Origin: Mobula hypostoma
Lineage: Eukaryota
NCBI RefSeq assembly: GCF_963921235.1
Contig: NC_086097.1
Location: forward strand, 135,720,001 to 135,784,000
Direction of reading: 5' to 3'
DNA length: 64,000 bases
Position numbers and translations under genes: made by a program. Under the pieces are notes generated by a model. It did no database searches. It was not told where the DNA came from and was given only the letters and a program-made list of their open reading frames with translations. Of this stretch, positions 11,820 to 25,054 are shown piece after piece; positions within the stretch are counted from its first letter, which is position 1; each line of letters opens with the position of its first letter.

Positions 11820-13345
11820 TTGGTATTTGTTTATTAATGTCACATACCAAGATCCAGTAAAAAACTGAATTTGTATACTGTTTATACAAGTCAAATCAAT
11901 ACACAATGCATCGAGATAGAATAAGCTAAAACAATAAAAAAGTAGAATAAAGTGTAAAAGCTAATAAAAAAGTGCAGTACAGATAAATGATAAGTGCAAG
12001 ATCATAACATGGCGGATTGTGAGATCAAGAGTCCATCTTAACATACAAAAGCTCCGTTTAAGAGTCTGACTGCAGTGGGATAGAAGCTGTCCTGGAGCCT
12101 GGTAGCAGATGCTTTCTGACTTTTGTATCTTCTACCTGATGAGAAAGGGGAGAAGAAAGAATGTCCAGAGTGGGTAGACTCTTTGATTATGCTGGCTGCT
12201 TTACTGAGACAGCAGGAAGTATAGACAGAGTCCATGGAGGGGAGGCTGGTTACTGTGATGTGCTGAGCTGTGTCCACGACTCTGCTGCTTCTTGTGGTCA
12301 CGTGCGGAGCGGTTGCCGTACCAAGCTGTTATGCATTCAGACAAAATGCTTTCTATGGTGCATCAATAAAAATTGGCAAGAGTCAACAGGGATGTGCCAA
12401 ATTCCTTTAGCCTCCTGAGGAAGTAGAGGTGTTGGTGAGCTTTCTTATCCGCGACATCAGTGTGTTTGGACCAGGTCAGGCTATCGGTGTTGTTCACACC
12501 TGGGAACTTGAAGCTCTCACCCTCTCAAGTTCAGTACCGTTAAAGTAGTCAGGGGCTTGTGCACTGCCTCCTGGCCATTTCTAAACTCAATGACCAGGTC
12601 TTCTGTTTTTTTGACAATGAGGGAGGGATTGTTGTCATTACACCATGTCACCAAGCTCTCTGTCTCTTTCCTTGCTCCAACTCATTGTTATTTGGGCATA
12701 TGGCTCACTACAGTGGTATCATCCACAAAACTATAGGTGGAATTAGAGCAGAATCTGGCCAAACAGTCATGAGTGTACAGGGAGTATAACCATATAACCA
12801 TATAACCATATAACAATTACAGCATGGAAACAGGACATCTCGGCCCTACTAGTTTGTGCTGAACTCTTACCCTATCCTAGTCCCACCGACCTGCACTCAG
12901 CCCATAACCCTCCATTCCTTTCCTGTCCACATATCTATCCAATTTAACTTTAAACAACAACATAGAACCTGCCTCAACCACTTCTGCTGGAAATCAATCC
13001 CCCTCATAATTTTAAACACCTCTATCAACTAGAACAGGGAGCTGAGGATGCAACCTTGCACCAGTGTTTGGAAAAATTGTGGTGGAGATGTTGCTGCCAT
13101 AAGACCATAAGAGAAGGGAGCAGAATTAGGCCATTCAGCCCATCGAGTCTGTTCCACCATTCCATCAAGGCTGATTCCAGACCCCTCTCAACCCCATACA
13201 CTTGATATCTCGCCATATCCTTGATGCCCTGAATCAGGCAATAAGACATAAGAGCAGAATTAGGCCATTCAGCCATTGAGTCTGCCTATCCTTACTGATT
13301 GTGTTCTATTGGTCAGGAAGTCAGGGATCCAGTTGCAGGTCCAGG
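11820..13345 (-). mobile_element. Rex1/Babar LINE interrupted by CR1 3' tails (~12789-13030, ~13099-13280)
   Basis: Minus ORFs RVVDTAQHIT..KAASIIKE..RLQDSFYPTAVRLLN and CNWIPDFLTNRTQSVRIG; (taaccata)n and (ataagacc)n CR1 tails inside. Confidence 0.8.
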
Positions 13346-13399
13346 TGAAAAAACTGAGTGAGAGAGGAAAAAGTTTGTCAGTCTGTGTCAATATTAGCT

Positions 13400-13790
13400 C
13401 CCAAAGGCTAAAGTGTGCTGTCTGGTTTGGAGGGGCCACCGTACAAGATCGGGAAAAGCTGCAGAAAGTTGCAAACTCAACCACCTCCATCATGGGCATA
13501 AGCCTTCCCAGCGTTAAGGACATCTTCAAAAGGTGATGCCTCAAAAAGGCAGCATCCATCATTAGGGACCCCCATCACCCAGGACATGCTCTCTGCTCAT
13601 TGATACCATCAAAGAGGAGGTACAGGAGCCTGAAGACATGCACTGAATGTTTTAGGAATGGCTTCTTCCCCTCCACCATAAGATTTCTGAACGGACACTG
13701 AACCACGCCACAAACACTACCTCACTATTTCTGGCTCTCTTTTTGCTCTACTTATTTTATAAATATATATATATAAATAAAAGTATTCTG
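13400..13790 (+). mobile_element. Rex1/Babar LINE 3' fragment
   Basis: VWFGGATVQDREKLQKVANSTTSIMGISLPSVKDIFKR. Confidence 0.8.
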
Positions 13791-14799
13791 TAATCATCCA
13801 ATCCTGCATCTGGTTACTCTGAAGTAGAGGAGACTACACTGTGATCACAGAAAGCAGTACATCAGATTAAAAGAGGTGCAAGTGATTCATTGCTTCTTCT
13901 GGAAGGACTGTTTGGATCCCTGGATGCTGGCAAACGACTGAGGTACAATGACAAGGGACAATGACTCTTGTTCTCCTTCTGAGGGGAGAGGATGAGAGGT
14001 GTGGGAAACAGAGAAGACATGGTTGAGGTTCCTATAAACTATGGCAGAAGGAAAGAAATTCAAGGCTCTGGTGTGGAAAGTCCCATTGTTAGTAAAGATA
14101 TGGAGGACACGAGGAAACTGGATGAATGGAAGGTGGGAAGAGGTATCATGAATATAGGTGTGGGTTGCAGTGAGTATTGGTCACCAACCTATTTTCAAAG
14201 ATGGAGACAGAGATAAATAAATGAATGTAAATCTAAACATACACGATTTTTACAAGAAAAGAACACAATAAGAACCATTAAAAACAACCCCATCTTAGTG
14301 CAAGATGGTCAAAGTAGTCATTGTAATTAGGATTGTGCTGGCTGATTAAGAAATGAATGGTTGAAGGGAAGTAACTGTTCTTGAGCCTGGTGATGAGATG
14401 CTTCAGGCTTCTGTATCTCCTGTCTGAATGTAGCTGCTATCCTTTTGATGGTGTGGACCGGATGGTGGGGATCTTTGATGATGAAAGAGGCCTTCTGAAA
14501 GCAGCATCACCTGTAGATAGTACACGTAATAATGAAGGGGCCGGCAAAGTTGGTGAGTGAGCGCTGCTTGGTGGGGGTGGGGGGGGGTGTGGTAGGACTG
14601 CACACTGTGTGAGAACTAACTGTGATTGCAGATCCACTGACCACAAGGAAACCAGAATCTTCAACTGGTGGGTACCAGGCTCGAACTCCAAACCTGGAGA
14701 AAAGATCTTAACACCAAAGTCTGGAAGAGGAGGAAGAACTTGTCCTGGACCCTTCAGCAGGGTTTATGGAATTCCAATGATAAAACAATGTTGCGGGAC

Positions 14800-15085
14800 A
14801 TAAAAAGGCTAGATCTTTGCCCCATGAGAGTGGTATTTAAAAGCAGTGGGAAGAAGTTTGAAGGGGATGAGTGCAAGAATCTGTTCTCCCAGAAGGTGGT
14901 TGGAATCGGGAGCTCACTGCTTGTGAGAGAAATGGAGGCAGACCTTTTCACAACAATTATCTGGATGAACACTTGAATTACCAAGGTATAGAAGGCTAAG
15001 GAACAAGTGCTGGTGGAAGGGATTAGTATAGGTGACATGGACATAGTGGGGAGAAAGGCCAGTTTTTGTCTGTACGACTCTATGG
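14800..15085 (+). mobile_element. Decayed CR1 3' end
   Basis: KNLFSQKVVGI..L..EMEAD; typical CR1 3' UTR. Confidence 0.65.
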
Positions 15086-15299
15086 CAATCGTCAAATGGG
15101 TGAGGGTGAACCTGCTGAGCCTTCTGGATGGAGCACTGGAAGACAAGGGAACTTCTCGCTCAGTCACCCTGACCTTAATGGATAGCTCTATCCCATTACA
15201 GTGGGTATCACACAATCAGAGAGGAGAAGGCCTCCTGGCTCATAATGTCTGTACTGGATTAAAGGAAGATTTTTTTTTCCAGCGTTTTAAAGTTCATTG

Positions 15300-15690
15300 C
15301 TCTTCAGGAACATAAATGCGGGTCAGATTTCTGCCTCTCTCACCATTTCAAGGCATGAATTCTAGACATCCAGACCCCAGTGAGAAACTTTAACTTCCTA
15401 TCCTGTTTTTCTACAAATTACTTTAAGCCTCTTCCTCTCTTGCCCTTCGCAGTGAATTACTTCCTTCCTCTTTCCTCTGAATTAACCCTACGTAACTCTA
15501 TGCACCTCATTAAGTCTCCCCTCAGCACTACTATATTCCATTGAGGCAATATCCTGGTAAATCTGCCCTGCAACACTGCTAGTGCAAGCCTATCTCTCCA
15601 GTAAGGTAGTGACCAGAAATGTACACAAGTAGTGTAGTGTCCTAACAAGAACTATAAACACAACTTCCCTGTTCTGATTCTTTATTCCTT
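15300..15690 (-). mobile_element. Decayed CR1 fragment
   Basis: CVHFWSLPYWRD..LQGRFTRILP..LRGDL. Confidence 0.65.
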
Positions 15691-18399
15691 GGCTAAATAA
15701 GCTGAGGGGCAGTGTTATGTTCTCTCAAACACTTCAAGGGTGCATTCTTTAATAAGAAAACAGATGCATTGTGAGAGAATGTGTTGGTTTGATGGCACAA
15801 CAAATCTAAACTGTATTGTATTCCCTGCATTTTTCATGAATAATGTTTATTTTGTAATTGAAATAATGATTTCAGTTATCAAAAAGAAATCCCAATTTCC
15901 AGTAAACTGCTCTCCCTTTGTTCCTTTTCTCTCTCTTTCTGATCTAGCCATTTCCTCATACACCCATCACCCTGTTCATTTCTCTTCCACCACACACTCA
16001 ATCTGCTCATCGGCCACACACTCCTTCCACCGAGTTCCCTCCCTCTCCCAATCTCATCTGCCCTCCCACCTCCTTAATTTGATTCATGACTCCATTTTCT
16101 TTTGAGATTCCATCACCTTCATCCCTTTGTCACCTCCACCCATCACCTCCCAACCTCTGTCACTATTCCTACTCTTCCTTCTTTCATCTGCCTATCAGCC
16201 CTCGTCGCCTGGCTCCATCTCTTACATGCAACCTCTTGCCTAACCTCTTTCTTTCCTATCTTTCACGGTCTTTCCTTATATTTCACTGCAGACAAAGATC
16301 CCAATGTGAAATGTTAAATGTCCATTTCCCTCCGCAGATGTTGCCTGACCTGCTGAGTTCCTATTCAACCATTCCATTTGCCTATTGACCACTGCATTAT
16401 CCTGTCCTGCTATCTTTAAGGATCTGTGCACATACATTCCTCTATTTAGTATGATTACAGCCAACTGTTGTCCTGGAAACAGTAACTTGCATGCTCTCAC
16501 CCCAGAGTATTTCTCTGCCTTCAGTAATTGGTTGTTCTCATGGGTGACAGCTTTATTGTCTCCTGTTCTTACAATGCTGATGCATCGTCTTTGAACCCAG
16601 CAACAATTCTTAGTGGGGATGAAGTGGAGAGGGAGCCAACTGGACAGAAAATAGGGCTACCCTAAATGAACATTGCAATACCACTTGGTCAGTATCCTTC
16701 TTGTAGCTGGAAGCCATCAGTATTTTGTGAGCAATCCATTTTAAACCTCAAAAACTCATCTGGCTCTCACACACACGATGGCATATTGCAATAATTGTCA
16801 CATTAACAGAAACTTGGATTCGCTTCAGGAAGTGTTTACATTAAGTGAGTCAGATCCAGAAAGAATAAACTGTGTCAGCAAGGCCACTAGTTGGCAACAA
16901 GGAATACACAGGGTATGAAATCCTCAGAAGCAATTGATTAAATAAAAAAGGGAAATTGGGCAAAAGCAAGGCGTCCCTGCACACACCGCCCATTTGCAGA
17001 AATTAATTCACATTTTCCATGCTCTATGTTCTTCCGAAAGCTTCCTGTTACTTCCATCCAGTCTGATTCCTCCACTGTCTATCAGTCTTAAGCAAGCCTG
17101 AGGAACAGCACCTCATCTCCCTCGTACATAGGTTGCAAGATGCAGTATCAAATGCTCCAATTTCTGGTAATTCCCTTTCTCCGCTCATGCCAGAACGAGC
17201 AGTTCTGGTATATGGTCTGCAATTCCGCTCTCCGTTACAGGAATATGGATCACATACAGGCAGACGAGATTTAGTTTAATTTGGCATTGTGCTTGATGCA
17301 GACATCATGGAGCATAGGGCCTGTTCTTGTGCTTTAGTATTCTATGTAAGTCATCAGTTTTCGATATTGGCTCAGTTGCTTCCCCTCTCCATTACCACAA
17401 CCTGACCTGCAATGCCAAACATATCACACTTCTCAGGACCATCTGACAGCCCCATTAACAACCCATTCCCATGGCCTCACAATATCAGAGAAATTCCTTT
17501 TATCCCATTCATCTCTCCTCAGTTTCACCTTCTCTGCAACTTCTGTTATCTTTCCCAATTCTGCAAAAGGATGATCAACACTGTTTCCCCCTCCACAGGC
17601 GCTGCCTGACCTGCTGAATGTTTCCTGTGTTTTCTGCTTTTGTTGCGTTTTCTTCTAACTGGTTTCTTCACAGTGGGCAGATCTGCTAGTTCTCAGGGCT
17701 TCACTGAAAACCTGCTTCAGCTCAAAATACCCCCCTTGATCTGGTATATTTCTACTGGATGGACATATGCAAATGAGTCCCATGTACATGACTGGTGCAC
17801 AAGTGGAAGAATGGTGATTACTAGGAACAGCAGAAGGAACTTGGAAAGAGTTTCAACCCAACCACTGAGCCGTGGAGTTAGTTGGCATGGAAACCAAGTC
17901 CAGACTGACCATCAACCCACTACCACCACTCCCATTTTATTCTCTCTCCAACTCCATCAATTTCTCATCCTCCCCACAGATCCTACCATTACCCTCTTCC
18001 CCCCACCCCCACAGATTGTGCCATGCACTAGGGACAATTTGTAGTGGCCTATTGATCTATCAGCCTGCACACTTTGGGATGTGGGAAGAAACTGGAGGAA
18101 ACCATGTAGTCACAGGAAGAACATCCAAGCTGCACGCTGACAGTGCTGGAGATTGGGATTGAACTCGGGTCACTGGGACTATGCCATGGGAGCTTGGAAA
18201 ACTAAGTTACATTGACCTGCTTTGTTTTAATCAGCAGGTCTGATAAGTGTCTTTTCACTTTGGAACTTTGTAAATAGTCTGTTGGCATCATTTAGCATGA
18301 TAGGAGGCTATTTGGCCCATTGAGCCTGTGCTGGCTCTCTGACCTTACTAGTCAGTCCTTCTTCCCTGTTCTTTCCCCACCATCCCCCATATATCTCCT

Positions 18400-19580
18400 T
18401 TGGCCATGACCCGATACATTATGAAGACCCTGGAGAGGTTGGTCCTGGCTCACCTCCAACCTCTAGTCAGATCAGCCCTTGACCCCCTGAAGTTTGCCTA
18501 CCAGGAGCACACTGGAGCTGACAATACTGTCATCCACCTGCTGAACAGAGCCTACTCCCAGTTAGATAAGCTGGGCAGCACTGTGAGGATCATGTTTTTT
18601 GATTTCTCAAGTGCCTTCAAAACCATACAGTCCTCCTTGCTGGGGGAAAAGCTCTGTTCAATGCAGGTTGGCACTGCCATTGTATCCTAGACAACGGACT
18701 ACCTGACTGGCAGACCACAGCTTGTGTGGCTTCAGAGCTGTGTGTCAGACATGTCTAGAAGCAACACTCTGGCCCCACAAGGGACCGTATTGACTCCCTT
18801 CCTGTTTACCCTGTATACCTTGGACTTTAGATACAACACTGAGTCATGTTATTTGCAGCAATTCTCTGATGACTCAGCAATAGTCAGGTGTATAAGTGGA
18901 GGACGGGAGGATGAATACAGGGCCCTGGTGGAGGACTTTGTTAAATAGTGCAAGCTGAATCATCTGCAGTTCAACATCAGTAAACAAAAGATATAGTGAT
19001 GGACTTTAGGAAGACTGCTGCACCTCCTTCTTCTACCTCCTGAGGAGAATGAGGTCCTTTGGAGTAAGGCTTCTCCTTCACGTGTTCTGCCAGTCAGTTG
19101 TCACCAGTACAATCTTCTATGCAGTGGTATGCTGAGCAATGACATCAACATGGGTGTTGCTAACAGGCTCAATAAACTGATTAGAAATGCTGGCTCTGTT
19201 ATAGGAGACAAACTAGACACACTGGAGGCTGTGGTAGAACAAAGGACCCTCCGGAAAATCCTGGCTATTCTGGACAATATTTCTCACCCTTTGCATGACA
19301 CCTTGGCTGAACGGAGGAGCACTTTGAGTAACAGACTAAGACAACTGTGCTGCTCCAAAGAGCGATATATGAGGTTATTCTTACCTTCAGCCATTAGGCT
19401 CTATAATGAGTCAACCAATAGCTGTGGAAGTGATGACCCCCTCCTGCTAGACTGGGGTAACTTATTTTTTATTCTTTCTTGCTTCTGTTCTAATATTTGT
19501 ATATCTGCGCACTTGTAATGCTACTGTGACACTGTAATTTCCTTTGGGATCAATAAAGTATTTATCTATCTATCTATCTA
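18400..19580 (+). mobile_element. 5'-truncated Rex1/Babar LINE with disrupted RT
   Basis: MKTLERLV, LDPLKFAY, RIMFFDFSSAF, APQGTVLTPFLFTLYT, QFSDDSAI; (ATCT)n tail. Confidence 0.92.
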
Positions 19581-20334
19581 GTGAACCAGATGGCAGTCTT
19601 TTCTGACAATCCTATAGTTTCATGGTTACTGGTTCCAGATTTTTGTTCCAGATTGACTTAATTAACTGAAATAAATTCACAGCTGTCATTGTGGGATTCA
19701 AACATAAGCCTCAGGATCATCAGTCCAGTTTCTGTTTTGCCAATAATTTTATCATCAATCCATTCCTAGCCCACTGCCCATTGGCTGTATTTGTTCCTTT
19801 TCTGCATCGAATCCAGTGACCAGACCCGTTTTTTGCCAGCTTGCAGTTTTGTTACAATTGGCTAAAAGGAATGTTTATTGGGAGGCAAGAAGGCTCTCTA
19901 CTTGTTTTCTGTGACATAGGCAGCCATTTTGTCCTTACAGACTGCGCAGAACAATCCAATTGGTTCCAACACTTCTCCTATTTCTCTGAACCTATCTCTT
20001 GTCCTCCCACAATTTCTTTGTTTTTTTTTCCAGCCCTCTGCATCAGGACGTTGCCAGTGAGCTGGTCATGCCAGATGTCCAGACCTAGTTGACCACTAAC
20101 CAGTTTGGGTCAGGAGTCACATATAGTTCCGATCAGGCTGGGTTCCTGCCTCTGAAACGTGTGAGTGAATGCAATATTTTATTGCAATAATGACCTGGTA
20201 GTTTAACAGCGACTGATACCAGATTATTTAATGAGTTCATTTCAGGTTCTTCATCTGCAGCAGACAGAAATTGGTGTCCCTGCATTGACAGTCCAGAACT
20301 AGGATGGGAGTCCAGAGTGAGCTCGGTGTCTTTG

Positions 20335-20700
20335 GGCCTTTTCTTGATGGAGTTCAGAAGGATGAATGGAGCTCTCACTGAAACCTACCAGATACTGGAA
20401 GACCTACAGAGAAGGAATGTGGAGAGGATGTCTCCATTAGTAGGACAGTCTAGGAATGGAGACACTCTTTCATAACTGAGATGATGAGCAATTTCTTCAG
20501 CCGGGGATATCTGCCACTACAGAGGGTTCTGGAGGCTAACACACTTGGTGCAGTTACGTCAGAGAATCTTGATTGGAAAGTGGATTAATGGGGAAAATGT
20601 GGGAGAATGGGGTTAAAAATCAGCCACGATTGAATGATGGAGCAGATGAGATGGGCTAAATGGCCTATTTCTTCTTCTTTATCTGACGGTCTTATGTGCT
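20335..20700 (+). mobile_element. Decayed CR1 3' end
   Basis: gagttcagaaggatga..ctcactgaaacctacc; tail atgggctaaatggcctattt...ggtcttatg. Confidence 0.7.
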
Positions 20701-21177
20701 TATGGAAGTGTAGCCAGTATTATAGCCTTATCTTTCAAAAACCAAATAATCTGGCCATGTTTCTTATCAATACGTGCCTCCTCTGAGTCAGATTTCCTAC
20801 CTTCTGTCTCTTGAGATTTCTGCCTTTCGTCTCAATTTACTGGGAAGTTGCATCCTTTGATACTGTACTATGGTTCATAATAATCCTTTAACTCCCATAC
20901 AGTGAGCACATGTTAATAGGTTTGATAATGCTTAAAAGGTTCATATAATCACTCTAGTTGTGGATGATAAACTGAGCACTTAGGTCTCAGGTCAATTAAG
21001 TGACTGGTGATTAACTGCAGTATCTTGAGAATGGATAAGGTTACACTAACTAGTTTAACCCCTTTCTGGCTCTGTGCTCATAACTGACAACTCTGCATAG
21101 AACTTTCTCCAAGCGTTTGCCTATACTCTTTCAATGTTCAAGGGGAAAAAGTGGTTGTTGATGTCTGACTGAATCAA

Positions 21178-24100
21178 CACGCGGAGGGGTTCTGAGAGAC
21201 CAGACACCGCAGTACAGTCCCTAGCTGTTGGCTGGCCCGCTCGTTCTGGCCATTGGCTTGTGGGTGGAATCCTGAAGACAAACTCATGGAGGCCCCAGGA
21301 GATTACAGAATGCCCTCCAGAAGTTTGATGTGAATTGAGAGCCCCTGCCTGACACAACATCTACAGGTAAACCATGCAATTTGAAAACATGCAGTACCAG
21401 TAAGCTGGCTGTTTCTTTGGCAGAGGGGAGTTTAGGTAAAGGAATGAAGTGTACAGACTTGGAGAAACGATCAACTACTGTGAGAATGGTGGTGTTACTA
21501 TCTGATGGGGGAAGACCGGTGACAAAATCCAGGGCAATGTGGATTTCAATGTGGATCCAGGGCAAAGGGTCTCTTGGGGATAGACAGGGGTTGTAACAGA
21601 CCAGCAGGTGGCTGGTTAGAGTTCTTGCCTTGAGCACAGAGCGAGCAGGCTGAGACAAAATTGCGGATGTCATCTCCCATGGAGGGCCACCCGAACCGCT
21701 GACAGAAGGCCTGAGTATGCTTGGTTCTAGGGTGGCAGGATAACTGGGAATGATGACCCCACTATAATACCTGTGAGTGGACAGAGCTGGGAACATAAAC
21801 ACGGTTAGGGGGGCATTGACTAGGGGCTGCCTCGCCCTGTTGAGCAGTTTGCACCATGGATTCAATGTCCCATTGCGCTGCACCCACAAGACAGTGAGCA
21901 GGGAGGATAACATCGGGGACCTCAGGGGTCTCAGAGGAAGGTAATCTTCAGGAGAGGGCACCAGGTTTTCCATTCTTGGAACAGGGGCGGAAGGACAGAG
22001 TAAAATTGAATCTTAAGAAAAGCAGGGACCAATGAGCTTGATGGGAGTTGAGATGTTTGACCATACAGATATATTCCAGATTCTTGTGATCAGTCCAGAA
22101 TAAAAATGGCATCTTTGCTCCCTCCAGCCAATGCCTCCACTCCTCCAGAGCTAGCCTCACAACCAGCCATTCCCAGTTTCCGACATCGTAATTCTGCTCC
22201 GTGGGAGTGAGGCGGTGAGAGAAGGCACACGGGTGTACCTTCTCATCCAAGGCCGAGCGCTGAGTGAGAACAGCTCCTACGCCAGTGCCAGACACATCCA
22301 CCTCCACAATGAACTGCCGGTTGGTATCGGGTTGAATCAGGATGGGGGCAGAGGTGAAACGCTCCTTCAGGTCAGAGAATGCTTTTTCAGCAGCAGGGGA
22401 CCAGGAGGATCTGACAGCCGATGAGGTGAGAGCTGTGAGTGGTTCAGCCAGCGTACTGTAATTTCTGATGAAGCAGCGATAGTAGTTAGCAAAGCTCAGG
22501 AAACGTTGCACCTCCCAACGAGTCGAAGGTTGGGGCCGTTCGATCACCGCCTTGACCTTCTGTTGGTCCATCTGAATGGAACAGCCTGAAATTACATACC
22601 CCAGGTATTGCAATGAAGCTCACATTTCTCAGCCTTCACAAAGAGCTGGTTCTCCAGAAGGCGCTGGAGAACTCTGCGGACGTGACCTGCGTGTTTAGCA
22701 AGGGACTTAGAAAAAAAATCAAAATGTTGTCGAGATACACAAAAACAAATTGGTTCAGCATGTCCCCGAGAACGTCATTTACCAGGGCTTGGAAGATGGC
22801 GGGGGCATTGGTGAGACTGAATGGCATGACCAGATACTCGTAATGGCCTGAGGTGGTACCGAAGGCCGTCTTCCACTCGTCCCCTTCATTGATGCAGACA
22901 AGATGGTAAGCATTACAGAGATCAAGCTTGATGAAAGCTGAAGCTCCTTGTAGTAGTTCAAATGCCTAGGTCATGAGCGGAACAGGGTAGCGGTTCTTAA
23001 CAGTAACTTCATTCAGTCGTAACAGTGACTTCATTCAGTCGCCAGTAAACAATGCATGGACGCAAGGAGCTGTCCTTCTTTTCAACAAAGAAAAAACTGG
23101 CACCAGCAGGGGAGAAAGATGGCCGGATGGTGCCTGCGGCCAGAGACTCTTGAATGTACTTATTCATGGCTTCTGTTTCAGGTACGGACAGGGAATACAG
23201 GCGGCCCCTTGGGGGAGAGATTAATGGTGCAATCATATAGATGATGAGGCAGCAGGGAAGTGGCCCGGTACTTGCTGAACACAGCCTTGAGGTCAATGGA
23301 TTCAGGAAGAATGGCACTAAGATCCGGAAATTCCTCAGGGGGATCTGGGCTTGGAGACAAGGAGATGTGAGCATGGTGGAGGCAGTGGGAGTAACAGAAT
23401 GGGTTCCAGCCTACAATCTTGCGACTGAGCCAGTGGGGGTTGTGTCTGACCAACCAGGGATGGCCCAGGACAATGGGAGCTTGAGGAGAGTCAATAACAT
23501 AAAGGGTTAACTGTTCATGATGGTTGCTGGATAAACTGATACTCACCAGGGCCGTGACATGGGTGATGTTAGCCAGTCTCTGACCGTTCAAGGCATTGGC
23601 CATTAATGGTGACTGGAGAGCAGATGTGGGTAATCCCCACTGGGCAGCATATGACATACACTACCTTGGCTCGATCAATCAGTTGGTTGTAATTCAAAAA
23701 TAAGGGTGCACTGGGAAAGAAAAGAGCAGCAGGTACCGGGATCAACCGAGTACTTTTCTAGAGGAGGCAGACGGGGCTCTTGGACGGGAGGAGTAAGCGA
23801 GAACGTGTAGGGCAGGGCGGAAGATGCAGTTGCAGAATGTTGATGGGCACTCTGGGACAGCTGGAATAACTGAGTCTGGGCCACAAGATCAGCTACATTG
23901 GCAGAAAGCGATTCCACTGCCCTGAACACAGAGTCCAGTTGGTTCTGGTGTCTCCCCAGCATCACTCTATTGTTCCAGGACAACTGTCAGACAACTGGGG
24001 TCTGCTGGATCCATTCTGCCCAGATTGTACTGTCAGGCGCTGGAGCAGGGATCCAATTGCAGGCCCAGTACTGTGCACACAGTGATATTAATTGAGTAAC

Positions 24101-24524
24101 AAATCCCAAGGTGAAAACAAAGTTGGTGTCAAAGTTCAGGCAGAGATCAAAACATCCAGAGAAATCCAAAAACCAGAATCGGGAAACAAGCAGAGTCAAT
24201 ATTCAGATGGACAGAGTACAGATTTGAATGCTGGACAGGCTCAGGATAATTCACTGGCACAGTCTGGCAACAAACATGTGAAAACACAGGACTGAAATAC
24301 ACTGAGCAATAAACAGAGTGGCAGATGATAGGTGGAGCACAATGAGACACAGGGGCTAGCAGTACAGGTAACAATGAGAAACAGTTGAGAGACGGGGTAC
24401 CCAGTAATACAGGGGCTGGAGTAGAGCAGGAGCAGGGACAGGGGCACATGGCAATACAAAACCACAGACTGACAGCTAGGGGGAAAACACACAAAAAGAC
24501 AGAGTTCAGCTGAAGGTACTGACA
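21178..24524 (-). mobile_element. Gypsy (Tf1/sushi group) LTR retrotransposon: 5' LTR plus decayed gag-PR-RT-RH-IN, 3'-truncated
   Basis: gag MDPAD (ATG at 24014) and [122 protein letters not shown]. Many frameshifts. Confidence 0.95.
24031..24524 (-). repeat. 5' LTR (494 bp) of the Gypsy element
   Basis: TGTCA...TGACA termini; directly followed on the minus strand by PBS-like GTACAATCTGG and the gag ATG. Confidence 0.88.
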
Positions 24525-25054
24525 GCATTAGATACTGGTCTTCTCAGCAATGCTCCACTTCTTGTAAATAGATAAAAAATAATTTCCTATTTACTTTGGT
24601 GGACTGCATTCCCTTTCCAGCTTTGGTTTGGCAGACCCTTGCTATTTAGATGGTTTTCCATTTTAAACACAGGTCCATAGTGAGAGGCTGTATCAAAGTC
24701 AAAGTCGAGTTTATTGTCACATGCACAAGAACATACATATATACACAGGTGTTGAAAAGAATTTAAAGCTGCTAACTCTCTCCTCTGCCAGTTCCCAGTG
24801 TAGAGTGGTACATGTTTGTCCTCCTTTTCCTTCCTGAAGCTGACAGTCAGCAATTTAGTTGTGCGGTCAAAAAGCAAGAGGTTATTGGTTACTTAACCAG
24901 GTGTCCTATCGAGCTCCAGTAAGCTGACTCGTTACCACCTGTGAATCCTCCAACAATTGTAGTGTCATTGGCAATCGCACAATCTCCTGGGAGGCAGGGA
25001 TATGAGAAGGAGGGGAGAAACTCAAGGAAAATGTTCCATAGTAGACAGGCTAGG

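Noticed and set aside
14754..15215. 153-aa minus ORF and other 60-150 aa ORFs in the track
   Set aside because: They are antisense to CR1/Rex1 fragments or compositionally random, with no recognisable domains.
16978..16991. tgcacacaccgccc resembles the universal SSU rRNA 1392 region
   Set aside because: Only 14 nt with no flanking rRNA similarity.
23675..24014. PEG10/RTL1-like gag ORF as a domesticated gene
   Set aside because: It has a stop and frameshift right after the ATG, an internal deletion, and an attached LTR and decayed pol, so it is a dead retrotransposon.
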